Shown here: one piece after another, positions 9,978 to 19,321 of the stretch
Numbering within the stretch: position 1 is the stretch's first letter
Layout of the letters: the number at the start of each line of letters is the position of its first letter
Assembly (NCBI GenBank): GCA_034432955.1
Contig: DAOUBB010000153.1
Location: 4,321 to 68,320, forward strand
Length of the DNA: 64,000 nucleotides
Source of the DNA: Anaerolineae bacterium
Lineage (GTDB): Bacteria; Chloroflexota; Anaerolineae; DUEN01
Direction of reading: 5' to 3'
Made by a program: the position numbers and the translations under genes
The notes under the pieces: model-generated
The model's database searches: none
Seen by the model: the letters and a program-made list of their open reading frames with translations, nothing else
What the model was told of the DNA's origin: nothing

Positions 9978-10403
9978 ATGAAGGTCTGGTCGAAGCCCAC
10001 GGTGGATACCAAATTTCACATTGATTACGAGTGGTGGAAGCGCAACAATCTGGATTTTCGCCTCTACCTGCGCAATCAGCTTTGCCCTCAGTGCCAGGAG
10101 CGGTTTATAGATCACCGCGAGACCGAGATCGTAGACTGGGTGGATCCAGACACGGGGGAAGTGAAGCAGACAGATGCGCTGTTGGAGTGTCTGCGCACGT
10201 ATTGCATTCATCACGCCGAGTTTATCAACCCCCAGGTCCCGTTGGCCGCTGCGGCCTTTCGGCTGCTGTTGGTGAATGAGAACCGGCCCATGTCGCCGCG
10301 GGAGATGCATGAGGTGATCCACTGGCGTTCACCAGAGGCAATCTTGCAGGTATTGACCGGGAGGCAAATCTACCTGGGTATTCGCCCCGTCAGCGAGACC
10401 TGA
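9978..10403 (+). CDS. Hypothetical protein (141 aa) with CxxC
   Basis: GAGAGGA RBS; LCPQC and C..H motifs; 14 nt after the previous gene. Confidence 0.85.
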   Translation: MKVWSKPTVDTKFHIDYEWWKRNNLDFRLYLRNQLCPQCQERFIDHRETEIVDWVDPDTGEVKQTDALLECLRTYCIHHAEFINPQVPLAAAAFRLLLVNENRPMSPREMHEVIHWRSPEAILQVLTGRQIYLGIRPVSET

Positions 10404-10482
10404 TCGGTAGCGAGGCGAAAGTTAAACCTCGGGGTACGAAGGGCTGAGGCGACGGCCTGGATGCTTCGTGTCCCCGAGGTTT

Positions 10483-11673
10483 TTATATGTCCAGCGTGAA
10501 CGCGCTGTGGCGTATACGGGCGAACGCCGCCGGCGGATCCAGCATCTCATCCGATAGCCGCAGATACAGATACTTGAAAACGTCACGGATGATCGCTGTC
10601 AACGGCACGGCCAGCAACATCCCCCAAATCCCCGCCAGCTCATTGCCGATCACCAGCACCAGCATGATCAACGCCGGGTGAAGCTGCACGTTCTGGCCCT
10701 GGATGCGCGGCACCAGGAAGATGTTTTCCACCTGTTGTACGCCCACGAACAGCAACAGCGCCCACAACGCTTTGGTCGGCGATTGCAGCAGGGCAACCAG
10801 CAGGGCAGGGATGGCTCCCAGGATGGGGCCAATGAACGGAAAGATCTCCAGGACGCCGGCGATCAGCCCCAGCAGCAGCGGAAAACTCACGCCGATGATC
10901 GCCAGCCCGATCGAGTCAATCACGAAGATGAAGAAGCACAGAAGAAGCTGGCCGCGGACGTAGGCGCTGAGTACGCCATCGGCCGCCCGCAGTAAGAAGT
11001 GCGCGTCCAGCCGGTGCCGTTCCGGCACGATGCGCATCACACCCGCCAGGACGCGCGCCTGATCGTTTAAGATGTAAAAGAGCCAGAAAGGTAAGACCAG
11101 GATGCCCAGCACAAAGCTGACCGTGCTGGTGATGACGTTCAGGCTGCGCGTGATCCCCTGCCGAACGCCGCTAATCACCAGGTTGGCCGCGCGCTGAATC
11201 CACTCCAGCAGCCATTGCTCCACCTGTGGACGCAGGTTGCCCTGCGCTACATCCTCCAGGCGCACGCCGAAGTACTGCTCGGCCAACCGGCCCACGTAAT
11301 CCCACGCGTTCAGGTACCAGTCCGTCAATCCCAGGTTCATACGGCCGCGGGCTCCTTCGAGGAGGGCCGGGAAGGCGGCCAGTAGCTCTTGTAGCTGCCC
11401 CCAGATCAGCGGCACCAGAAACGCGATGATCGCAACCGCCATACCGATGATCAACAGATAAACGATGAGGATCGCCAGCGGGCGCGACATCCGCCGGCGA
11501 TGCAACACCGCGGGCATGTGCTCGTCCAGGAAGTTAACCACCGGGTGGACCAGATAGCCGATCAACAGAGCGATCAGGTAGGGATACAGGCCGCCTCGGG
11601 CTGACCAGATCACCCAGAGCACAATCAGAGCCATCATGGCAACGAGCAAGGCTCGCTTGAACCGGGCATTCAT
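10483..11673 (-). CDS. AI-2E family (PerM-like) transporter
   Basis: Multiple TM segments; motifs YVRGQLL, LEIFPFIGP, QQVENIFLVPRIQG. Start ATG 11673 or TTG 11685. Confidence 0.9.
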   Translation of the reverse strand: MNARFKRALLVAMMALIVLWVIWSARGGLYPYLIALLIGYLVHPVVNFLDEHMPAVLHRRRMSRPLAILIVYLLIIGMAVAIIAFLVPLIWGQLQELLAAFPALLEGARGRMNLGLTDWYLNAWDYVGRLAEQYFGVRLEDVAQGNLRPQVEQWLLEWIQRAANLVISGVRQGITRSLNVITSTVSFVLGILVLPFWLFYILNDQARVLAGVMRIVPERHRLDAHFLLRAADGVLSAYVRGQLLLCFFIFVIDSIGLAIIGVSFPLLLGLIAGVLEIFPFIGPILGAIPALLVALLQSPTKALWALLLFVGVQQVENIFLVPRIQGQNVQLHPALIMLVLVIGNELAGIWGMLLAVPLTAIIRDVFKYLYLRLSDEMLDPPAAFARIRHSAFTLDI

Positions 11674-11698
11674 GAACCAGAGCAAGTCCCTCTCCTCC

Positions 11699-12523
11699 TC
11701 AGCGTGTTCCGCCGTCCCGGCACGGGGTGGCATGCGCCATAGCCACACACCTCCTCACCGCGTCGTCCATGTCCGGCATGGGCGGCGCGCTTTGCCAGAG
11801 ATAGGCCAGGAATTCCACGTTGCCGGCCGGCCCGCGGATGGGCGACGGGATGACCCCCTGCGGTGACAGGCCCAGATCCAGGGCGAACGCCAGCGTATTC
11901 CACAGAACCTCGCGATGGATGATGGGATCTTTGACCACGCCCCCCCGTTTCACCTGGGCTCGCCCCGCTTCAAACTGAGGTTTGATCAGGGCGATCACCC
12001 GCCCATCCGGAACCAGCCAGTTCTTGACCACGGGCAGAATCAGACGCAGCGAGATGAACGACACATCAACGGTGACCAGGTTCACCCGGATGTCACCGGG
12101 CAGCGCCGAAAGATACCGGGCGTTGGTGCGCTCGAGCACGACCACCCGTGGGTCGCTGCGCAAAGACCATGCCAGCTCGCCGTAGCCGACGTCAATGGCG
12201 AACACGCGGGCGGCACCGCGCTGGAGCAGACAGTCGGTGAACCCCCCTGTGGACGCGCCGACGTCAGCGCAGATCCAGCCAGCCGGGTTGATCTGGAATG
12301 CGTCCAGCGCTGCGGCCAGCTTGATGCCCCCTCGGCTTACATAGGGGAGCGGGGCTGTGATCTCGATGTGGGCCTGCAGTGAGATCATGCGTCCGGGCTT
12401 GTCCACCGGCTCCCCATCCACGCGCACCTTGCCCTCGAGGATGAGCGCCTGGGCTCGTGCGCGCGTCTCCGCCAACCCCTGTTGCACCATAGCGACGTCC
12501 AGACGCACTTTCTGCTGGCTCAT
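11699..12523 (-). CDS. tlyA: TlyA-family rRNA methyltransferase
   Basis: S4-like N-terminus; [45 protein letters not shown]. Confidence 0.95.
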   Translation of the reverse strand: MSQQKVRLDVAMVQQGLAETRARAQALILEGKVRVDGEPVDKPGRMISLQAHIEITAPLPYVSRGGIKLAAALDAFQINPAGWICADVGASTGGFTDCLLQRGAARVFAIDVGYGELAWSLRSDPRVVVLERTNARYLSALPGDIRVNLVTVDVSFISLRLILPVVKNWLVPDGRVIALIKPQFEAGRAQVKRGGVVKDPIIHREVLWNTLAFALDLGLSPQGVIPSPIRGPAGNVEFLAYLWQSAPPMPDMDDAVRRCVAMAHATPCRDGGTR

Positions 12524-12533
12524 GTCAGCGATG

Positions 12534-12562
12534 TTGACGATCTCTGTCGGGTGACGTAGAAT
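12534..12562 (+). promoter_or_regulatory. Sigma70-type promoter
   Basis: TTGACG-N17-TAGAAT upstream of 12619. Confidence 0.65.
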
Positions 12563-12618
12563 CTACTCCTGATTGCTTGCGGCAGCAACTCTAGTCCTGT
12601 GCAAAAGGAGCGATTATC

Positions 12619-13500
12619 TTGTTGCGCGCTTTGTGGAAAACGATGCGGCCTCGCCAATGGACGAAGAACGCCTTTGTCTTCGCCGCGCTGGTGTTCGATG
12701 AGAAGCTCACCCAGGTGCCGTTGCTCACCCGTACATTGGCTGCGTTCCTCTGGTTCTGCCTGATCAGCAGCGCCGTCTACATCGTCAACGATCTGGCCGA
12801 CAGGGAAAGGGATCGTGCCCACCCTACCAAGCGACTGCGCCCCCTGGCCTCGGGACAGCTATCCCCGCGCGTCGCGATCGGCGCAGCCATGGGGATGGCA
12901 GCCATCGCGTTAGCGGGCGCGTTTGTGCTGGAGCCGGCTTTGGGATGGGTCGTGCTGGCTTATCTGCTGCTGAACCTGGCCTACTCATTCTACCTGAAGA
13001 ACGTCGTCATCGTGGACGTGATGAGTATCGCGGCCGGCTTCGTGCTGCGTGTGTTGGCCGGTGTGGTCGTGGTCCAGGTGGCCCGTTTCTCTCCCTGGCT
13101 CTACGTGTGCACGACGCTGTTGGCGCTCTTCGTGGGCCTGGGCAAACGCCGGCACGAGATCATCCTTCTGGCGGAGAACGCTAACTTCCATCGCGCCATC
13201 CTGGACCATTACACCGTCCCCTTCCTCGACCAACTGATCAGCCTGGTCACCAGCACCACCGTCGTCGCCTACTCGCTGTACACCTTCTCTGCGCCCAATC
13301 TGCCACCCAATCACCTGATGATGCTCACGATCCCCTTTGTGCTGTATGGGCTGTTTCGTTACCTGTATCTCATCCACGTGCGAGGGCTGGGCGGCGCCCC
13401 CGATGAGCTGTTGCTGCAAGATGGGCCTCTGCTGCTCAGTGTGCTGCTGTGGGCTGCCTCCGTGGTGGCAATCCTTTACCTCGTCCCCACGCAGCTCTAG
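12619..13500 (+). CDS. UbiA-family prenyltransferase (decaprenyl-phosphate phosphoribosyltransferase-like)
   Basis: MRPRQWTKN, NDLADRERDRAHPTKRLRPLASG, LGKRRHE; polytopic membrane protein. Confidence 0.92.
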   Translation: MLRALWKTMRPRQWTKNAFVFAALVFDEKLTQVPLLTRTLAAFLWFCLISSAVYIVNDLADRERDRAHPTKRLRPLASGQLSPRVAIGAAMGMAAIALAGAFVLEPALGWVVLAYLLLNLAYSFYLKNVVIVDVMSIAAGFVLRVLAGVVVVQVARFSPWLYVCTTLLALFVGLGKRRHEIILLAENANFHRAILDHYTVPFLDQLISLVTSTTVVAYSLYTFSAPNLPPNHLMMLTIPFVLYGLFRYLYLIHVRGLGGAPDELLLQDGPLLLSVLLWAASVVAILYLVPTQL

Positions 13501-13559
13501 GAGATCGTTGAGAAAGCCCGTTTCCGAGAGTCGGCAGTAAAAGGCCAGAGCTTAAGGGA

Positions 13560-15311
13560 TTACGAGCGCTCGGAGTCCTCATCGGGCAGGAACTGTCGCC
13601 AAGGGCCTTCCATCCCTTCTTCGGTTACGCCGTAATACACCTCGATCGTCCCGTCCGGCGTGCGCTGCACCAGGTCATACCGGCGTTTGCCGGCCAGCCG
13701 CTGCGTTCGCCACAGCCCGATGTTCCCGATCCACGTCACCTCTTCGGGCTTCAGGGCTTTTGCCTCGTGCTGGCTGATGGCGTAGTTCCACAGCTTGCGC
13801 GAGGAGGCCCGCGTCACATTCTGGACGACCTGGTTATTGCGCAGATCTTTCAGGGTGTGATAAATGATTCCCTTGCGCTCGACCGAGGCGAGGATCTGCA
13901 CGCCCACCTTGGGCAATTCCGCCCGGCTATCGTCCGCTTTTACCTCGGGCGTCGGCTTCGGCTGGGGCAATTCCTGCATCGCGGGCGGGGGAGCTCCTTC
14001 CGGTTGGGAGAGCGACTGCTTCACCAGGGCGATGATCTCGTCTCGCACGGCCAGGTTGGTCTCGCTCTCCTGCCTGACGTAGATGTAGCTCTGTTGCAGG
14101 CAGTACGGTTTATCTTTCCCCTCCGGCACCACGACCCGGACGACGGGTCGTCCCTGGCTCTCCAGGACATCTATTGTGACATCGAGTGGGGGAGTGATTT
14201 GATGCTGAACTTCCTGCTTGAGGATGGCGATCGTCTCTTCCGGCTTGTCCACGCCCGCGGGCAGCCCTCGGCGCGTCCAGCTCGCGCCAAGGTAGATGGT
14301 CCCGCCCCTGGTGTTGGCAAAGGCGACGATGTCCGCCAGGACCGCATGCAGCCGACCTCCCTTGCGGGAGATGCTCTCATGGAAGGACTGGACGATGTTC
14401 GGCCCCTGCTCGCGGGCGGCCAGGACGTGGTCATAAGGCTCGCGAGTGGCCCGGTAGGGCCGGATGCGAGCGAAGTCATTGCCCTCGAAGACCTCTTTGA
14501 TCGCCTCAAAGCTGACCTCTGAAAGCAGGATCTCGGTCACCCGATCGCCCACGCCGAGCTGATGTTTGTCTTTGGGGTGGCGGTTCAGCCGGTGCGCGTC
14601 GGAGCCCTGGATGCAGTGCATGCGCCGGGGATATTCCGGCTTGGTGCCATCGAAGAAGCGCGCGGTGGCTCGTCGGCTTCGGCTTTCCAGGTCAGTTACC
14701 TCCAACGCGTGCAGATAAGGGGATTGCGTGTAGGCGATTTTAGTCTGCCCGCCAACCGGAAAATCGCGCATGGCGACGCCGTTCGAAGAATTTGCGTGGG
14801 CTGCGATCACGATCCCTCCGGCCTCCCGAATGAGGCGATAGGCGGTCAACACGTCTGTTGTCGCTCCAACTTCCGTAGCCCCTGCGTCCAACTTGTCTGG
14901 CGGGACGTTCAGCCTGAGGAGGAGATACTCCAATTCACGTACGGGGATTGCCGGCGGGAAAATGGCCAGAATATGAAACCCAAAGGTGGCCGTGAACTCA
15001 AAGCCGGGCAGGATCAGCATCTTACCGCCCAAGCGGCGATATTCGTCGAGCAGCCGCCGCTCCTGAGGCCGGAGACGGTTTTGCTCCTCTAACCAGGTCA
15101 GCCGTTCCATCTCCTCGCGCAACCGTGCAATGCCGGCTACCGTGTTGTGGTCGGTGATGGCGATGATGTCCAGTCCCCGGGCCTCGGCTTTGTATAGCAA
15201 GTCCAGAAACGTAACCCCTGGTTCAGCCCAGTCCGCAGAGGCTGGCGTGTGCAAGTGCAAGTCCATCCGCCGCCAGATGCGCTTTCCTTTTCGTTGTTTG
15301 TTCTCACTCAC
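13560..15311 (-). CDS. PHP-domain / Schlafen (AlbA_2)-like domain fusion protein
   Basis: PHP motifs [28 protein letters not shown]; AlbA_2-like [15 protein letters not shown]. Start GTG 15311 assumed (ORF track 15395). Confidence 0.85.
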   Translation of the reverse strand: MSENKQRKGKRIWRRMDLHLHTPASADWAEPGVTFLDLLYKAEARGLDIIAITDHNTVAGIARLREEMERLTWLEEQNRLRPQERRLLDEYRRLGGKMLILPGFEFTATFGFHILAIFPPAIPVRELEYLLLRLNVPPDKLDAGATEVGATTDVLTAYRLIREAGGIVIAAHANSSNGVAMRDFPVGGQTKIAYTQSPYLHALEVTDLESRSRRATARFFDGTKPEYPRRMHCIQGSDAHRLNRHPKDKHQLGVGDRVTEILLSEVSFEAIKEVFEGNDFARIRPYRATREPYDHVLAAREQGPNIVQSFHESISRKGGRLHAVLADIVAFANTRGGTIYLGASWTRRGLPAGVDKPEETIAILKQEVQHQITPPLDVTIDVLESQGRPVVRVVVPEGKDKPYCLQQSYIYVRQESETNLAVRDEIIALVKQSLSQPEGAPPPAMQELPQPKPTPEVKADDSRAELPKVGVQILASVERKGIIYHTLKDLRNNQVVQNVTRASSRKLWNYAISQHEAKALKPEEVTWIGNIGLWRTQRLAGKRRYDLVQRTPDGTIEVYYGVTEEGMEGPWRQFLPDEDSERS

Positions 15312-15500
15312 AAACTCTCTAATGCTCCTTATGCGTTTTACTCGATCACTGATAGCTCTACATCCAAGCGTGGAGTCATCCCATCCTGTCTCCACCTCAG
15401 CCCCTTCACAGGGGTAGGTTTTTCAACCTGGTAGCCGTACCAGGGCCTCCCACAGGATTAGGAGGAGGTCTAGGGGGGCGTTTCACCCTTCCAGAAACTT

Positions 15501-15529
15501 ATTGTACCACAACCTATGCGGCAGACCAA
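15501..15529 (-). promoter_or_regulatory. Sigma70-type promoter for the PHP-Schlafen gene
   Basis: TTGGTC-N17-TACAAT on the minus strand. Confidence 0.55.
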
Positions 15530-15585
15530 ACAGGTGTTTGCTCGTGGGGTGTACACCATTCTGCTTCGCCTGGCCCCGGTTCCTC

Positions 15586-15670
15586 TTTGAAAGAGCGCTT
15601 TTTCCGTCGCTCGTCCAACGAAGAGACGACGGCGTGCCGCAATCAAGCGATCTGCCAAACGCGATGGCAT
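15586..15670 (-). pseudogene. Remnant N-terminus of an NTPase (AAA_16-like) gene
   Basis: GAGGA RBS then MPSRLADRLIAARRRLFVGRATEKALFQ; the FVGR..E motif precedes the Walker A in such NTPases, but no Walker A follows. Confidence 0.5.
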
Positions 15671-15798
15671 GGGCATTCCTCACATCTAGAGGGGGAAGCC
15701 GGGTGAAGGCTCGCGCAGGTGGCGAGGTCATCCGCGCAGATTTCTTCGCATCCCATCCCTATTGGGGGGCATGACTGGGACGGGTGAGTGCCAGAAAT

Positions 15799-15969
15799 CT
15801 ATCGTCTATCAATTTTTACCCTGCGACGGATGCCCGGTGAGACCGCCCTGTCCGGTTGCGCCGGCCGGCGATATGGTTCCCACAGGGTGCTTTCTCCCGA
15901 TCCGACGATCATCAGAAACAGCAAAAAGTCTACAACGATGATGGCGAGGATGTCCAACAAGACGTCCAT
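15799..15969 (-). CDS. Small membrane protein, 56 aa (MDVLLDILAIIVVDFLLFLMIVGSGESTLWEPYRRPAQPDRAVSPGIRRRVKIDRR)
   Basis: Not in ORF track. GAGGGA RBS, ATG 15969, TAG 15799; hydrophobic N-terminal helix and basic tail; own promoter upstream. Confidence 0.65.
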   Translation of the reverse strand: MDVLLDILAIIVVDFLLFLMIVGSGESTLWEPYRRPAQPDRAVSPGIRRRVKIDRR

Positions 15970-16016
15970 TGCATCCCTCGCGGTGGCTCTGCATCGAATC
16001 GAACATTGTCAAGCCA

Positions 16017-16045
16017 ATTATGACACAAAAGGGGACAAGATTCAA
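16017..16045 (-). promoter_or_regulatory. Sigma70-type promoter for the small membrane protein
   Basis: TTGAAT-N17-CATAAT with TG extension; overlapped by inverted repeat GGGGACA...TGTCCCC. Confidence 0.55.
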
Positions 16046-16171
16046 TATCTAATGAGCGTGTCCCCTCGTCATCCTCTAGGCGCGCTGGGGCCTCGACTCC
16101 CCCGCGTGCGCCCCTCTTCGCCCTGTGGTATACTCCCCTCCGGTTGATGCTGTCACCTCTGAGGAAATTGG

Positions 16172-17530
16172 ATGCAAAACCGTGCCCTTCTTGTGCGCAA
16201 ATGGCTGTTCATCCTCTCTTTGACCGGCTTCGTCCTCTTTCTGCTGGTAGGGATTGTGTCTCTGGTGGCCTCTTTTCTCCTGGCGCGCCAGGAGCGGCCG
16301 GTGTATGGCTGGCGCGACCCGATGGATGCCGTCGTTTCGGCCCGCGTGCGGCCGGATCTGGCCCTTTTGCCGCTGGGAGGGGTGCCTTCGGACACGGCAG
16401 TGCGCGAGGCGCTCCACGTGAACGAGCTGGACACTGCCTTGGCGATCCTCGTCTATGCGACGGACCTGGGTACGGCCGATCGCGCCGGACTTTTCGTGCT
16501 GGCAGGAGACCGTTTCGCCCAGGCGGGGCGGCTGAGCGAGGCTGCGCTTTGCTTTCAGATCGCGCATGACCTGGCCGTGCTGGGGCCTGACCTGGCCGAT
16601 GTGACCCGGTTTGATCTGTCGCTGGCGGCGGCCCGCGGCCGCCTGGGTGTGAAGGACGAGGTAGGACTGGCCTTGAGCCTGGAACAGGCGGAAACGATCG
16701 TCCGGTATAGCGCGCGGATGCAGCCGGTGCAGCGCCGGCAGGCATTGGAACAGCTGGCCCAGGTCGTGGCCGAAGCTCGCGGCCGACGAGCGGCCGCTGA
16801 GCTGAAGGCGCGCCTGGCTGAGGAGATTCGCCGGGGGCCGACACAAGCCCTGACCTCCTCGATGCTGGCGTCCTTCGCGGCGCCTTTGCCATCGAACCCG
16901 GATCTGGAGCGGATCAAGCAGGAGCGACAGCGGCGCGCCCTGATCCTGTCCAATCAGTGGATCGCGCTGGGGGGCGAGGATGTGGGCCCGGAGTTGTTGG
17001 ATCTGATCGAGTTTCTGCAACGGGAGGAAACAGCGCGGATCACCTGGTACTCACAGCTTGCCGAGTCAGGGACGCTCGGCCCTGACCAGCAGGTGACTCT
17101 GCTGAGGGAACAGATCGCCTGGCTGCTCGTGAAGCTGCAGGCGGCGCGCGGTGCCTTTGGCATCAGCCTGATGTCGGATTGGGAAGCGAACGAGCTGGAG
17201 ATCCGTCAGGCTTTGGCCGCTGCCCAATTCGAGTTGTTCGCCCTGCTGCGCGAGCAGGCACTTCAGTTGCCCGATCAGCGAGATATAGATCAGGCGGAGC
17301 TGGAACTGGTGCGGCTGGAGTTGGCCAACTGGCGTTGGGGGCATTTTCCGGGGCTTGACCCGGATGAGCGGGACATCGCTTTGACAGAGGCTGTCGCTCG
17401 AGTGCGCCAATCATTGCCAAATGAGGGTACGACGGCTGGCTCCGGAGTATTTCCAGCGGTGCGGATGACCGATCATCGCCGCGATTACATCCTGGTGGGC
17501 GGCAGCTTCCAGAGCATGCCTGGGGATTGA
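16172..17530 (+). CDS. Hypothetical membrane-anchored helical protein (452 aa)
   Basis: N-terminal TM helix, Ala/Leu/Glu-rich helical body; TG-TATACT -10 upstream. Confidence 0.8.
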   Translation: MQNRALLVRKWLFILSLTGFVLFLLVGIVSLVASFLLARQERPVYGWRDPMDAVVSARVRPDLALLPLGGVPSDTAVREALHVNELDTALAILVYATDLGTADRAGLFVLAGDRFAQAGRLSEAALCFQIAHDLAVLGPDLADVTRFDLSLAAARGRLGVKDEVGLALSLEQAETIVRYSARMQPVQRRQALEQLAQVVAEARGRRAAAELKARLAEEIRRGPTQALTSSMLASFAAPLPSNPDLERIKQERQRRALILSNQWIALGGEDVGPELLDLIEFLQREETARITWYSQLAESGTLGPDQQVTLLREQIAWLLVKLQAARGAFGISLMSDWEANELEIRQALAAAQFELFALLREQALQLPDQRDIDQAELELVRLELANWRWGHFPGLDPDERDIALTEAVARVRQSLPNEGTTAGSGVFPAVRMTDHRRDYILVGGSFQSMPGD

Positions 17531-17567
17531 GCCTCTGCCCCGGGGGTTCGTCAGAAAGAGGTGCACG

Positions 17568-18416
17568 ATGGGGACGCTGTACGTGGTGGGCACGCCGATC
17601 GGGAACCTAGAGGATATGACCTTTCGGGCGGTGCGCGTCCTGCGCGAGGCGCACCTCATCGCGGCGGAGGACACCCGCACTGCTCGCGTGTTGCTCACCC
17701 ACTTCGATATCCACACGCCCGTCACCAGCTATTTTGAGCACAACAAACTGACCAAGCTCGAAACCATCCTGGAGGCGTTGGCAGGCGGGGATGTGGCGTT
17801 GATCTCCGAAGCCGGCATGCCTGGCCTGTCCGATCCCGGCTATGAGCTGATCAAAGCCGCGCTGGAGGCTGGCTATCCGGTGGTGCCTGTCCCGGGGCCG
17901 GTGGCAGCGGTGACGGCGCTGGTGGTGTCTGGCCTGCCCACCGATCGCTTCCTGTTTTTGGGATTTCTGCCGCGTCGCCAGCCGGAGCGACGACGGTTGT
18001 TAGCCTCCGTGGCGGCAGAGCCGGGGACCCTGGTGGCGTACGAGGCCCCTCATCGCCTGTGTCAGACCCTGGCCGATATCGCCGAGGTGCTCGGGGACCG
18101 GTGGATCGCGGTGGCCGAGGAGCTGACGAAGCGGTTCGAATCGGTGTGGCGGGGGCGGGCGAGGGAGGCCGTGGCTCATTTTCAGGCAAAACCGCCCCGC
18201 GGCGAGTACACATTGGTGATCAGCGGCGCGCCGCGGGATGCGAAGGCGGAGGCCTGGCCGGCCGAGCGCCTGAAACTCGCGTTGGGCATGTTGCTCGCAG
18301 AGGGTATATCGCAGGCAGCGGCTGTGCGAATCCTGAGCAAGCTGACAGGGGAGTCGCATCGGGCGATCTACCGCATGGCGTTAGAAATCCGGTCGCAGAC
18401 CGTGATGGAAGCGTAG
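17568..18416 (+). CDS. rsmI: 16S rRNA (cytidine1402-2'-O)-methyltransferase
   Basis: LYVVGTPIGNLEDMT, AAEDTR, ISEAGMPGLSDPG, YEAPHRL, ELTKRFE. Confidence 0.96.
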   Translation: MGTLYVVGTPIGNLEDMTFRAVRVLREAHLIAAEDTRTARVLLTHFDIHTPVTSYFEHNKLTKLETILEALAGGDVALISEAGMPGLSDPGYELIKAALEAGYPVVPVPGPVAAVTALVVSGLPTDRFLFLGFLPRRQPERRRLLASVAAEPGTLVAYEAPHRLCQTLADIAEVLGDRWIAVAEELTKRFESVWRGRAREAVAHFQAKPPRGEYTLVISGAPRDAKAEAWPAERLKLALGMLLAEGISQAAAVRILSKLTGESHRAIYRMALEIRSQTVMEA

Positions 18417-18427
18417 GCCAGAGTGGT

Positions 18428-18457
18428 TTGACAAAAGCGGTGAGACACGGTTATACT
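18428..18457 (+). promoter_or_regulatory. Strong sigma70-type promoter
   Basis: TTGACA-N18-TATACT. Confidence 0.7.
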
Positions 18458-18610
18458 GGGCTTGAGCGGCGATGCGGAGCGTTGCGGTTCGTGGTGGCTG
18501 GCAAAAGAAGTGGGTGGCGGGGCAACACCGGGTAGATGCATCGCTGGCGGAGGGGCCGTTGCGTGTCCATGGCGTGCTCACCCCGCGAGGTGGGGTTTTC
18601 GGATTGGCAG

Positions 18611-18645
18611 AAAACACTGAGGCGAATCGCGCCTTGGTGTTTTTT
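18611..18645 (+). terminator. Intrinsic terminator
   Basis: ACACTGAGGCG-AATCG-CGCCTTGGTGT followed by TTTTT. Confidence 0.8.
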
Positions 18646-18687
18646 GCTTTATGGAAAGGTGGTGCGAGGGATCTGCGTGGCCGGGAA

Positions 18688-18715
18688 TCGCGGCTGCAGG
18701 CTGCGAAGTCTGCCT
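18688..18715 (-). repeat. Dispersed repeat copy (partner at 45202-45229)
   Basis: AGGCAGACTTCGCAGCCTGCAGCCGCGA vs AGGCGGACTTCGCAACTTGCAGCCGCGA, 25/28 identical. Confidence 0.65.
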
Positions 18716-18832
18716 GCGCGGGATGGCCCGGGTCGCCGCAGGGCGGCTTCGCAGGTGTAGGCGTGGTTCCCCTGGCCGAACTGGCCAAATCCCTGGCTGG
18801 GCGGTTATCCATCTGTGACAAGGAGGCGAAAC

Positions 18833-19102
18833 ATGGACTCGGCCATGATCGGCAAGATCATGAAGGCCAATCAGTATGCGCAGGAGCCGGAGCGCGTACG
18901 GGTCAGGTCACTTGAGGTGGATTTTCACGGTATTCACGACATCTACCAGATCACTTATCGGGAAGGGCTATGGCATTGCACATGCCATTTCTTCGCTCAG
19001 CGTGGGCGATGCAGCCACACGATGGCGTTGGAAAAGCTGCTGGGGCCCATCGCACCCATGCCCACTGGCGAGCCCCTTTCTTCAACGCCAGCGAGCTCAT
19101 AA
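18833..19102 (+). CDS. Small SWIM zinc-finger protein
   Basis: AAGGAGG RBS; WHCTC...GRCSH (CxC-x8-CxH) motif. Confidence 0.85.
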   Translation: MDSAMIGKIMKANQYAQEPERVRVRSLEVDFHGIHDIYQITYREGLWHCTCHFFAQRGRCSHTMALEKLLGPIAPMPTGEPLSSTPASS

Positions 19103-19321
19103 GGTCGGGAGGGGTAAGCCGGCTGAGTCACCGGCATACGAGCGAATTTGCGTCAGTGGTTCATCTGGGGGATAATGGGTCATCGCGAGGGCTGAGACTG
19201 TCAGGCGATGGCCCGGTCCGGTCAGGTTCGTCATCGGGTGGGCCAGGGCGTCCAGCAACGACGTCTGGCTCACCCGATTTGTTTGGCCGTTGTACTCAAG
19301 CTTGGAGAAAGGTCTGATCTC

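Noticed and set aside
18535-18600. SAM-I riboswitch (GGCGGAGGG)
   Set aside because: The TTATC/GATAA P1 and GGCAACC core are missing or misplaced, and the downstream gene is unrelated.
18472-18915. 147-aa ORF upstream of the SWIM gene
   Set aside because: It crosses an intrinsic terminator and a repeat, has no RBS and has no protein-like motifs.
19208-19245. SRP RNA (GGTCAGGT motif)
   Set aside because: Lacks the following CCGGAAGGAAGCAGC loop motif.
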